From Promethearchaeota archaeon (GTDB lineage Archaea; Asgardarchaeota; Lokiarchaeia; Sigyniarchaeales; SOKP01), in assembly GCA_029838195.1 (NCBI GenBank), contig JALGVJ010000009.1:1-64000 (forward strand): a stretch of 64,000 bases of DNA, given 5' to 3'. Positions 40,541 through 50,215 of the stretch are shown here, piece by piece. Position 1 is the stretch's first letter. The number at the start of each line of letters is the position of its first letter. The notes beneath the pieces were generated by a model that worked only from the letters and a program-made list of their open reading frames with translations, had not been told where the DNA came from and made no database searches. Position numbers and translations under genes: made by a program.

Positions 40541-41620
40541 TTAATCAAAAGGCAGTTCCTTTGGCTCCTCTCGTGGTAGACGTTGTTCTCGGGGTAATAA
40601 CGGAGGAAATTTATCATGAGGTTCTGTCTGATACCAATACGCCGTCGAGGAAAAATCATCCGAGCGCTGATTCGCATGTCCGTGTTCGATTTTCACTTTA
40701 ATATTTTTATGAAAATAGATAGGATCTTCTACATGGAATCTGTAATAAGAGATTTTACCGGTATGCTGCTTTCCCCCAGGTAAGGTTATACCAAAATAGG
40801 GAGAAGAAAAATATTGAAGTGGGCCCCAAGACGTGCAGAAATAATCTTCCGTTCCGGTTCCGTAAAGGATTCTTTCTCCATCATCAATTTCAATATAATC
40901 ATCCCCTTCTCCGGGCCAATTTCTAAAATCAGGGCTTTTTGGCACGTATAAATTATGGATGTTTAAATTGCATCCCACGTAATGGCCTTCTCCTCTTGCT
41001 TCAAGGATTACATAGTCATCTTCATGAGTAAGATTTTTTTTCCAAAATTTATCAATGATATTCCCCTTGATCTTTTCATAGTTCACGCCTTTACAAGGGT
41101 TTTCACGACGCCATTGCGCATGGAATCTCCCGAACGAGTCATCAAGCTTTTCATATTCTTCATAATCAACGTAATAATAGCAAACCAGGTTTTTATTGGT
41201 TTCATTTTCAATTTCAATACGGGCACTTTTCGCAAAAGGCATGGGAAACCAACAATTAAAGCCCTTACCATCTTGGGGCCCCATGGAAAGCGGAAGACTC
41301 CAATAATTCACGGTTTTAGCATGTCCCACTCCAAAGAAATCGCCGATAGGAGTTTCTACCGACGGATTTTCTTCATCATCCCACCACATGCGAAGGACTA
41401 CTTCTCGTAAATAATAAGGAGCTTCTGAGGCCAATGTCATCCATAGATGTTTAATGCATCCAGCTCTTTTGATATAGCAAACTTCATGTTTTTCTCCCGG
41501 GCTCGTGGTGCTCGTGTCGATATTAGCTCCAGTTTTATCATAGCTAGAGATTCGATTTCTTTTCACATCTTTTCTAATTCGTGCTAAATTTGCTAAAGAG
41601 TGATAACCCATATCCATCAT
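40541..41620 (-). CDS. GH172 / DUF2961 glycoside hydrolase
   Basis: PSVETPIGDFFG, FPMPF, WPGEGDD, GTGTEDYF, IEHGHAN. Confidence 0.88.
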   Translation of the reverse strand: MMDMGYHSLANLARIRKDVKRNRISSYDKTGANIDTSTTSPGEKHEVCYIKRAGCIKHLWMTLASEAPYYLREVVLRMWWDDEENPSVETPIGDFFGVGHAKTVNYWSLPLSMGPQDGKGFNCWFPMPFAKSARIEIENETNKNLVCYYYVDYEEYEKLDDSFGRFHAQWRRENPCKGVNYEKIKGNIIDKFWKKNLTHEDDYVILEARGEGHYVGCNLNIHNLYVPKSPDFRNWPGEGDDYIEIDDGERILYGTGTEDYFCTSWGPLQYFSSPYFGITLPGGKQHTGKISYYRFHVEDPIYFHKNIKVKIEHGHANQRSDDFSSTAYWYQTEPHDKFPPLLPREQRLPREEPKELPFD

Positions 41621-41884
41621 GAATCACGTGATAACTAACTTTTTTTAAATTTATTTAGTAAATAACATCCATGAACTTATAAAGTTATGTAATTCGAGTA
41701 GTAGACATGCCAATCCTTCATGTAAAAATACATTGTTGAGGGGTTGAACATATTGAATGGGAAAAATACACTTTTAGCATGGCCTTAGATATCGTTGCGT
41801 GGACAATTTCATTCATGAAAATAATTTTTATTTAAGATTAATCATTTCGAGAAGATAAGTTAAAATTATTATCAAACGTGAATA

Positions 41885-43309
41885 TTGATTATCGTCAATA
41901 ATAAGGCAAAAAGCAATAAAGGAGGGATTTCTAAAAGGGAATCTAATTTAAGTCGGAAAGAGCAATTCCTTTATTCCATTGTTTTTTTTCCTAACATCAT
42001 TTTAGCAGGAATTTTTAGTCTTAATTACGTGAATTTTTTTTGGGATAATTTAAAACTTCAGCAATTATATTTTTCTATTGGATTATTAATATATACGATC
42101 GTGAATCCGCTAAATGATTTTTACTTGGGGCGATTAACGGATAAAACAAATGTAGCTCGTTGGGGGGGTCGTCGTTTAATTTACATGAAATGGGGCGGCC
42201 CCTTATGGGCATTTTTATTTTTCAGCATGTGGTTTCCGTGGAGCTATACGAATCAAGTGGTCATTTTTATTCATTTTATAACAAGTATCATTGGATTTGA
42301 CATGATGCTTTCTTTAGTTTGGATGGTATGGACGGCTGTATTGCCTGAGATGACGGAAAATATAGAAGAAAGAAACGTGATCATGTTATATTCTTATTTC
42401 ATGTCTCTTTTAGGAGCATTTCCCGTCATGATTGCTTTTTTATTGTTCGAAACGAGCTTGGTGTGGTTTCAAGCGTTTGCCGGAGTCTGTGCGGTAATTT
42501 GTGGCGTGTTATATTATATAGTAGGAGCAAATCTTAAGGAACGCCCCGAGTTATACAAGCAACAAGAGATCATTCCCTTGAAACAAGCCATTAAAGAAAT
42601 GTTCAGGTTGAAATCGTTTGTGGCAGATACCATCTATCGTTCCTTCAATCAAATTAATATTATTTTGAGCTCTTCTTTCATATTTGCATATCTCTTCATT
42701 TTAGGAGTTGATTTACTAACGGCCTCTCTCTTGTTCACGTTTAATTCCATTATTTTGGGATTTTTAGGAAATTATATCTATACAAAATTATCCATGACCC
42801 GTGACATGAGAGATTTAATCATTAGGGGGAAAATTGGTATCATTTTAATCAATCTTACTGCTTTTTTCATTATTTTATTCACGGGGTATAAGATTCTTAT
42901 TTGGATTTTTCTTTTAATCGGAACTATAATCGGAGGTTATGGTTTATTTGACTATCCTCTACTGATGTTAGTAACCGACGATGATGAAGTAATGAATGGA
43001 ACGCGTCGGGAAGGCACAATTATTGGCACGAATGTTTTCTTCATTAAAATAACAGAAAGTCTTGCGCCAATTTTGGGAACGTCAATTTTATTGTTTTTTG
43101 GCTACGTTCAAGGAGCTTCTATTCAGAGTCCGAGAGCGGAACTGGGAATTCTTTTTCTAATGACGGTTGTACCTTCCATCATTCATTTCTTTGCTCTGTT
43201 AGGGATTCTCTATTTTCCCTTGCATGGAGATTATCTTAAAGAAATGAATGAAAAACTCTTGAAAATTCATGAGGAGAAGGTAAAACTTTTTTCTTCTTCA
43301 AGTAAATAA
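41885..43309 (+). CDS. MFS transporter, GPH/MelB-like
   Basis: NPLND..LGRLTD, GTRREG; ~12 TM. Confidence 0.88.
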   Translation: MIIVNNKAKSNKGGISKRESNLSRKEQFLYSIVFFPNIILAGIFSLNYVNFFWDNLKLQQLYFSIGLLIYTIVNPLNDFYLGRLTDKTNVARWGGRRLIYMKWGGPLWAFLFFSMWFPWSYTNQVVIFIHFITSIIGFDMMLSLVWMVWTAVLPEMTENIEERNVIMLYSYFMSLLGAFPVMIAFLLFETSLVWFQAFAGVCAVICGVLYYIVGANLKERPELYKQQEIIPLKQAIKEMFRLKSFVADTIYRSFNQINIILSSSFIFAYLFILGVDLLTASLLFTFNSIILGFLGNYIYTKLSMTRDMRDLIIRGKIGIILINLTAFFIILFTGYKILIWIFLLIGTIIGGYGLFDYPLLMLVTDDDEVMNGTRREGTIIGTNVFFIKITESLAPILGTSILLFFGYVQGASIQSPRAELGILFLMTVVPSIIHFFALLGILYFPLHGDYLKEMNEKLLKIHEEKVKLFSSSSK

Positions 43310-43391
43310 AACTTTTTTAAAACAAATGAAAACCCGTACAGCAATTTTTTTAGATTTTATTAAAAACCCCTAATTCTTTCATGAAAACTTG

Positions 43392-46300
43392 TCATGTAAT
43401 CAAAATTTTAGCAATCATTTCTAAGTTAGTATAAAACTTGGATGAGTTGCGTTTTCTCATCTCATTTTTGAGGTCAGAATACCAAAAAGCGAGATCATCT
43501 AATTTTTTTTCCGCATTTAAAAGATCTTTTTCCAATACTTCAATTTGTTCCAGGAGTTTTTCAATGTCTTTTAGTTTTTTTGTTTTTTTATTTTCATCTT
43601 TTAATTTTTGAATGTTTTTCATTTGCCGTTCCGTGGGCTTCTGATTATATTTTCGTTCGAGTTTTTGTTTTAAAGATTCTATTTTGCGGATCAACACGCG
43701 TTGTTCGTGTTCGTGTATTTTTTCTTTTTTTTTAAGTTCTTGTTGGAAGATTTTTTCATTTAATCTCTTGATCTCCCGTTTCCATTCACTTGTTTTTATT
43801 TTTATGAGTTTTTTAGCTTTAATTTTTAGCGCTTGGATTGTAGCGGCATCACGTTTAAGAACAGCCCCATTTTCCTCATCTTTCAACGGGAAAATATCCT
43901 TAAAGTGTTTAATATCCAAAATGTAACCCGTAGTTAAGGGGAGTTCATTTCCGAATAGATCAATAACAATGGGAACAAATTGTTGTTCCACGATATATCC
44001 TTGAAATTTCAGGTTAAAAATGAATAAATAGAGAGCCGTATTCGTGGATATTTCTGATATAATGGAGGAGGGAAGTGCATTTTTCTTTAGCCTTAAAATG
44101 GAAATAGTTCCTTTGAAGGAATCGCTAATCAAATAATCTAACAAAGCATCAATGAGAGGATGGCCTAAAGCAAAAAAATCTAATTCTTCGCGTTTTTTGG
44201 CCAACTCTAAATCAAAAGTTCCTGTATAGGATTCCGAGAGCGCATTATTATTGAGAATCTCTAAAAAAGATTTATTCAGTGTGATATGGCTGATTAAGCT
44301 TTTTTTTTCCCCCTCTATTTCCTCCGCATTCACCTCATTTGTTAGATGACCATATTTACCCTCATTTAATTCGAAAAACAAGCTAATAAGGAGAAATAAC
44401 TCATCGTGGGTCAACTTAACTTCACCACACGCTGCGAGAGATGTTATTAAGTTGTCCATTTGAAACGATTTTTTATCAATTAATAAATCGTCTAATTGCA
44501 TTTCGAGTTCCCGCGCTCTTTTAACTTGGAATTCTAATTCTCTATTAAATTCCCGTAATTTTCTTGGTTTTTCCTTGATTTCCGAAAATACCAAATCTTG
44601 AATATTCTTTTCTATCTTTCCTAAAATTGGCTCCAAGGCGCCAATAGATTCTTCAAATAGGTGAATCCGTTTATTTAGAGCGAAAATAATATCCGTCTCA
44701 ATTGTTCCTTCGATAAAAAAATTATAAATGAAAATTTTTTTAGATTTTTGTCCAATCCGGTCTAATCTTCCAATGCGCTGTTCTAACTTCATGGGATTCC
44801 ATGGCAAGTCGAAGTTTATCAAGATTTTACAGAATTGGAAATTTCGACCTTCTCCTCCAATTTCAGTTGATAATAAGAGAGAAAAAGTTTTGCTTTTTCT
44901 AAACCTTTGCACGGCTTCGTTTTTTTCTTGAAGGGTCATCCCGCCATGAAAGACTTCGATATGATACGCCTTGTTTTGGTGCTTGAGAACCTTTTTTAAA
45001 TGGAATAAAGTATCGACGAATTGCGTGAAAACGATTACTTTTTCTTCATTATTTTGTTGATATAAGCGATGTATTAACTCTAAAAACGCCTCTGTTTTTG
45101 AATCATGGGAAATGGATGTGAGCTTCTCATGAAATTCCTTGAGGATTTTTTCTTGATTTAATAGATCCATGGTGCGACGCTGAACATCATTCGAATCAAT
45201 TATTTCAAATAGAGCTCTATCTGTCTCTAAATCTTGTTTTTCTATTTCGAAATTAAAATATTCGGGATCTTCCTTTTCAAGAATCTCCATCTCACCATGT
45301 AAATTTTTTAGCTCCCGAACATGAGCTAATCTACGTTCTAAACTCTTTAAAAAAGCTTGCTTTGAGCTAGTTAATAATTTTTGAAGCGTCGTGATCACAA
45401 ATCCTAAGCCTACATTTTGCGTGTTCAGGGCAGAATTGTAAATTTTGGCAAGATAAAGCCGGATTTCATTATAAATATCTAATTCTTTAGGGGTAGGATT
45501 CACTAAAATAGTTTTTACAATGCGTTCATTTAATAAATCCTTCGAAAACACGTTTTTTTTCCTATTTCGAATTAAAAATTGAGAGAGGGAATGGTCTTCT
45601 TCAATTTTTTTAAGTAGAGCTTTTTTAAAAACACGGTCATTTAATTTATTCAAAATCTTTTCTTTTTTTTCCGTCGCAGCGACATATTTTAAATCTTTTA
45701 ATAATTTAAGGGTATTTTTAATTTCGAACGTGTTTAATTTATTTATATCATTTATATTCGATATTAAGAGATTCATGAAGGGCATGTTTTTTCTAAAATG
45801 TTCAAAATCACTATAAGAATCGAAGGCTTCTGGATGAATTAATTCAATTAAAGAATATAATTCAAAAGGATGAAGTTGTAAGGGAGTGGCCGTAAGTAAT
45901 AATAAACCCTCGCAATTTTGGCTTATTTTTTTTGCTAAGGAATAGTTCAAGGTTTCGCGATACGCTCCCGTGGAAGAATTAGTAAGGTATCGCCTTAAAT
46001 GATGAGCCTCATCAAAAATAACGATATCCCAGGAAATTTGAGATAATAATTCAGCATATTTGGGATTTCTCGCAAATTGTAAGGAACATAATATTAAATT
46101 ATCATGATAAAAAAGATTATGATAGATTTGTAAGCTTTTTAGAGTTCCATTTTTTCCCAACTCTCTAATTTTTTTTCCATCGTAGATTTGAAAGTTGATT
46201 TGAAATTTATTGAGCATTTCAAAATGCCATTGTTTAACTAACGTTGCGGGAACGATAATCAAAATTCTTTCCGCTAAATTTCTTGCCATCATTTCTTTCA

Positions 46301-47012
46301 CATAAATTCCCGCTTCAATGGTTTTTCCAAGTCCGACTTCATCAGCCAAAATCATGCGCGCAAAATAATCCTCAGAAAGACGATGAGCCACGTTGATTTG
46401 ATGAGGCATCAAGGTTAAGCGTGAATTAGTAATGCACTTGATTTGGTAAGAAGTATAATAAGAATGAAATAATTTTGCCCAATATTTAATGAGAAAATTT
46501 TTAGAAGCATCGATCTCACCATCAAATATTTTTTCTTCCAAAGAGGGGACGTGAGTGGAATAAATTTCCGTTTCCTTGATTTGTTCTATAGTACCATTAG
46601 GAAAAAGAACTTCATAAGAGAGAATACCTTTTTGAATGAGAAATTCACTTGAGTTTATTATGCTGGGTCCTTTAATGGTCATAACCTGCTCGTTTATCTC
46701 AAAGACACGATGAATCAAGTCAATGGGGTGAACTATTCGAGTGATCTTATTTGGAAAAAGAACTTTATATTTTATCAATGTGAATGAATCTTTTTCATCC
46801 AACTTTTTAGAGGAAGGAATTTCTAATATCTTTATGATTTTTCCGATTCCCAATTCAGGATTCAAACGATAAATTACTTTATTACCTATATTGAATTCTT
46901 TTCCCCTACAATATTGGTTGAAACACTTTGAAAATATATCATCTAATTCTTTTCCGCAAAAAGGACATGCTTGTTTGGTGCTAACGTGTTGCTCCATGAG
47001 AACGTCAAGCAA
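43392..47012 (-). CDS. SNF2-family ATPase, RapA/HepA-like, with N-terminal Zn ribbon
   Basis: PHQ, LADEVGLGKT, DEAH, LLTATP, GEGRNFQ, DLPWNP, QRIGRLDRIGQ; N-terminal CPFC..CFNQYC and NPELGIGKI; C-terminal coiled coil. Likely start at ATG 46997. Confidence 0.88.
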   Translation of the reverse strand: MLDVLMEQHVSTKQACPFCGKELDDIFSKCFNQYCRGKEFNIGNKVIYRLNPELGIGKIIKILEIPSSKKLDEKDSFTLIKYKVLFPNKITRIVHPIDLIHRVFEINEQVMTIKGPSIINSSEFLIQKGILSYEVLFPNGTIEQIKETEIYSTHVPSLEEKIFDGEIDASKNFLIKYWAKLFHSYYTSYQIKCITNSRLTLMPHQINVAHRLSEDYFARMILADEVGLGKTIEAGIYVKEMMARNLAERILIIVPATLVKQWHFEMLNKFQINFQIYDGKKIRELGKNGTLKSLQIYHNLFYHDNLILCSLQFARNPKYAELLSQISWDIVIFDEAHHLRRYLTNSSTGAYRETLNYSLAKKISQNCEGLLLLTATPLQLHPFELYSLIELIHPEAFDSYSDFEHFRKNMPFMNLLISNINDINKLNTFEIKNTLKLLKDLKYVAATEKKEKILNKLNDRVFKKALLKKIEEDHSLSQFLIRNRKKNVFSKDLLNERIVKTILVNPTPKELDIYNEIRLYLAKIYNSALNTQNVGLGFVITTLQKLLTSSKQAFLKSLERRLAHVRELKNLHGEMEILEKEDPEYFNFEIEKQDLETDRALFEIIDSNDVQRRTMDLLNQEKILKEFHEKLTSISHDSKTEAFLELIHRLYQQNNEEKVIVFTQFVDTLFHLKKVLKHQNKAYHIEVFHGGMTLQEKNEAVQRFRKSKTFSLLLSTEIGGEGRNFQFCKILINFDLPWNPMKLEQRIGRLDRIGQKSKKIFIYNFFIEGTIETDIIFALNKRIHLFEESIGALEPILGKIEKNIQDLVFSEIKEKPRKLREFNRELEFQVKRARELEMQLDDLLIDKKSFQMDNLITSLAACGEVKLTHDELFLLISLFFELNEGKYGHLTNEVNAEEIEGEKKSLISHITLNKSFLEILNNNALSESYTGTFDLELAKKREELDFFALGHPLIDALLDYLISDSFKGTISILRLKKNALPSSIISEISTNTALYLFIFNLKFQGYIVEQQFVPIVIDLFGNELPLTTGYILDIKHFKDIFPLKDEENGAVLKRDAATIQALKIKAKKLIKIKTSEWKREIKRLNEKIFQQELKKKEKIHEHEQRVLIRKIESLKQKLERKYNQKPTERQMKNIQKLKDENKKTKKLKDIEKLLEQIEVLEKDLLNAEKKLDDLAFWYSDLKNEMRKRNSSKFYTNLEMIAKILIT

Positions 47013-47443
47013 TTACTAAAATTTCAGTACATGATTCCAATCCTCCAGGAGTTCATTAAATTGAACAGAAAAAGCCCGTCATGGAATATTAAACATGTTT
47101 TAATATATTTTAAAATGCAAAGCATAGAAATTTTATTATTTCATTTTAAAAAATAACATTCTCATGGTCTTTTTTTCTTCAAGATTCATGAAATTGCTTG
47201 TCAAGCTTGAATATTCTTTCATATGATTTTTAAAGATATTAATAAGTTTCATAGGAAGAAATTTTTAAAATTTTGGCTTGAAAATTCCTCAGAAAAGTCT
47301 AATTGAATGAGAAAGGAGAATTAAAACAAGTTCATGGAAAATCATAAATGTAATTAAAAATAAAACGCATGAATAATAATGATAAATTTAAACTACTCTC
47401 ATGACTTAAAATTTATCAAAAAAAAAAGATAATTAGAACCTTC

Positions 47444-48331
47444 ATGAAGCGAATCATGAATGAAATCAATATTGAACCCACATATATAGGAAAAAATGAA
47501 GGATTAGTCTTCAAGGTTCCAAAAGAATTATTCTCCATGAGCGCCGGACCCGTAGAAAAATTAGATAAGGAGGTTGCTAAAGAATTTGGAAAATATATCA
47601 GGGGAACCTTTAAGGGCTTTCAAGAAGCCCGCAAGACTAAATATGGAAATGAAAAAAATACCCGAACAGATACTACACCCGAATTTTGGAAAGAATTTGA
47701 AAAAAAAGCAAGAAGCATGAATGTGGATTTAATTGGATACACACCCATTCTCGAAAATTTTATATTTAAAGATTTAAAAGTGTATGGAAAAAATGCCATC
47801 GTGTTGGGAATGGAAATGAAATGGGATAAGATTAAAACCGCCCCCAGTGCGATCTGTGAAATAGAATGCTTTAGAGTATATAAAATGCTTGGAGATATCA
47901 CGATTGAACTTACAGAATATTTAAAAGAAAAAGGTTATAAAAGTGAAGCGCATCATCCTTTTGGAGGTAAAATGTTGTTTCCACCTCATGCGGTGGCAGC
48001 TAATCTGGGAATTAAAGGGCGTAATGGATTAGTCATCACGCCCGAATTTGGCCCTCGCCAGCGGTGGAGCATGATTTCCACTGATGCTGACATCCCCGTC
48101 CCGATAGATCGTGATTTTACCGCACTCGAAGAATTTTGTAAAACTTGCGGGGCTTGCGTGAGAAACTGTAAAGGAGGCGCTGCATATGAAGAACCGATCG
48201 AAAAGCTACCTGGATCAGGAGTGATCACGCATATAGAACGGGCCAAATGCATTCAAAGCCTTTTAAAAAACAACTATTGCTCTGTCTGCTTGAAAATATG
48301 CCCTCATTCGAAACCTAAAGAAACTCAATAA
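47444..48331 (+). CDS. QueG/reductive dehalogenase-like cobalamin and 2x[4Fe-4S] protein
   Basis: AVAANLGIKGRNGLVITPEFGPR; CKTCGACVRNC and C...CSVCLKICP. Confidence 0.8.
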   Translation: MKRIMNEINIEPTYIGKNEGLVFKVPKELFSMSAGPVEKLDKEVAKEFGKYIRGTFKGFQEARKTKYGNEKNTRTDTTPEFWKEFEKKARSMNVDLIGYTPILENFIFKDLKVYGKNAIVLGMEMKWDKIKTAPSAICEIECFRVYKMLGDITIELTEYLKEKGYKSEAHHPFGGKMLFPPHAVAANLGIKGRNGLVITPEFGPRQRWSMISTDADIPVPIDRDFTALEEFCKTCGACVRNCKGGAAYEEPIEKLPGSGVITHIERAKCIQSLLKNNYCSVCLKICPHSKPKETQ

Positions 48332-48460
48332 TTTTAACTTTTTTTTTAAAATATCATTCGCATTCTACGAATTCATGAAAGAGAAATTATCATTCCTTGA
48401 AATTAACATTAAATTATAAGAATGGAAATAGAATATTAAAAAAAAGGAGATTTATTAATT

Positions 48461-49810
48461 TTACTTTTTTTCCCATTCAAAATCAAGCTGAATGAATTTT
48501 TTTGCATAAAAAAAAGCCACGAGCAATATTAACGAGCAAATTGGTCCCCATAATACATAGCCAAGCGAAAACGTGGAGGATTTAACAGTAATTTCCGGTA
48601 ATTCTAAAATGCTCCCCATGATCATTAAACCAATAGCTTGAAAGATGTTAAGCGGAATGCTCGGAAATCCTCGATACGTGCCCGCTTTTAATTCTCCCGT
48701 AGTTTTTTCATCATCCTCGCTAATATCGGGAATCATTATTGATTGAAAAATAAACCACCCACTCATAATTCCTGCCATTCCTAATAAAAACAAAATTCCA
48801 AAAATTACCGCAGAAATAGCGGGAATTAGCGAGAGTAGGGTCAATGGAAGAAAAATAACCGCTGCTAACAAATCATACAAGAGACTTTTTTTTTTACCAA
48901 ATCTCCTGATCAAGCTCCTCCATAAAAATAAAAAGACGAGGATTCCAATAATAAAGATGGCCGCTGCAGCTATATAAGTAGTTGCCTCTAATTTTAAAAC
49001 TACCTCTGTGAAAAGCAAAATGAGAGAACCAATTTGTGTCCACGCTAGACTTGCAATGCCAATCATTAATGTCACTAATAGGAAATTCTTGTTCTTGAGC
49101 ACTACTTTTAAATAATCCACCATTGTTGAAGTTATGGGAAAATGGGGCTCTGTTGGTATGAATATGGCCGCAAAATAATAAAGAATCAAAACAATGAGTC
49201 CAAAAATGACAACGGTATAAGAAAAATTAGGAGGAATCCATGTAGGATTTTCTTTTATTTGATCAATGAAACTGGTTAAAATAACCATGGAAAAAACGGC
49301 CATTACGGCTGTACCAGCAAAGGAAAAAGTTTGTTCGAATTGAGCTGCTTTTGGGCGATCTTCGACGCGAAATTGCTCGGCCATCCACGCCCCAGATACA
49401 GTAGTAATTCCGTAAGCAAAATTGAAAATTTGATAAAAAATTAATAACCATGTAAAAATAGCTGTTTGATTTTCTAAGGGAAGGAAAAGGGTTGGAAGTA
49501 ATAGCAACACAAATGAAAAAGATAACACGGGAGTCAAGATGATCAAATACGGCTTGCGGCGGCCCCATCGCGTATATTTTGCATCACTAATCCATCCCAA
49601 GAAAAATTGGGAAAATGCGATCATGAGTTTCCCCATGCTTAAGGCGAACCCCACTAAAAACGGAGAGATTTGATAAGCAAGGATATAGAGCGTCGCTAAT
49701 GCCATGTCTGCAAAGCCCATCATGATAGAGGTTCCAAATTTAGGAAGGGAAAAAAAGAGGAAAGTACGCAAGGCGGGTTTAGGGCGTTCAATAATTACTT
49801 TTTCATTCAT
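48461..49810 (-). CDS. MFS transporter, GPH/MelB-like
   Basis: GWISD, WGRRKPY, DDEKTTGELKAG. Confidence 0.88.
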   Translation of the reverse strand: MNEKVIIERPKPALRTFLFFSLPKFGTSIMMGFADMALATLYILAYQISPFLVGFALSMGKLMIAFSQFFLGWISDAKYTRWGRRKPYLIILTPVLSFSFVLLLLPTLFLPLENQTAIFTWLLIFYQIFNFAYGITTVSGAWMAEQFRVEDRPKAAQFEQTFSFAGTAVMAVFSMVILTSFIDQIKENPTWIPPNFSYTVVIFGLIVLILYYFAAIFIPTEPHFPITSTMVDYLKVVLKNKNFLLVTLMIGIASLAWTQIGSLILLFTEVVLKLEATTYIAAAAIFIIGILVFLFLWRSLIRRFGKKKSLLYDLLAAVIFLPLTLLSLIPAISAVIFGILFLLGMAGIMSGWFIFQSIMIPDISEDDEKTTGELKAGTYRGFPSIPLNIFQAIGLMIMGSILELPEITVKSSTFSLGYVLWGPICSLILLVAFFYAKKFIQLDFEWEKK

Positions 49811-50215
49811 TTTATATAAACTCCTAATATTACTTGAATAATAAATAAGTGAATCAAATATATATGTATTAAGGTGAAAGATGAAACTTATGTTCTTATA
49901 GAATTTTCATGAATCAAGGAGAAATTGCAAATGAATCGAAAAGATTTATATTCACCAGAGGAGTATATAAAAATATAAATGTAGCTTGCTCCTTTTTGAA
50001 AGAGAGCCTGATGCTTTCATTATTGAGAAAAAAATAATTTATTGAACATGCTTGTTTTAAAAATTAAAAATGAAAAAAATCGTAAATCCTTAATTAATTC
50101 CTTGCATTTGATCTAATTACTTATACTTATTAATATAAGAATTAATCATATAAATATCAAACAATTTATTACATTATACACTACATTTAATCAAAAATAA
50201 AACGAAACTAAAATC

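Noticed and set aside
43392-47012. Anti-phage system (DISARM/Zorya-type SNF2)
   Set aside because: No methylase, nuclease or other defence gene is adjacent, and the N-terminus looks RapA-like.
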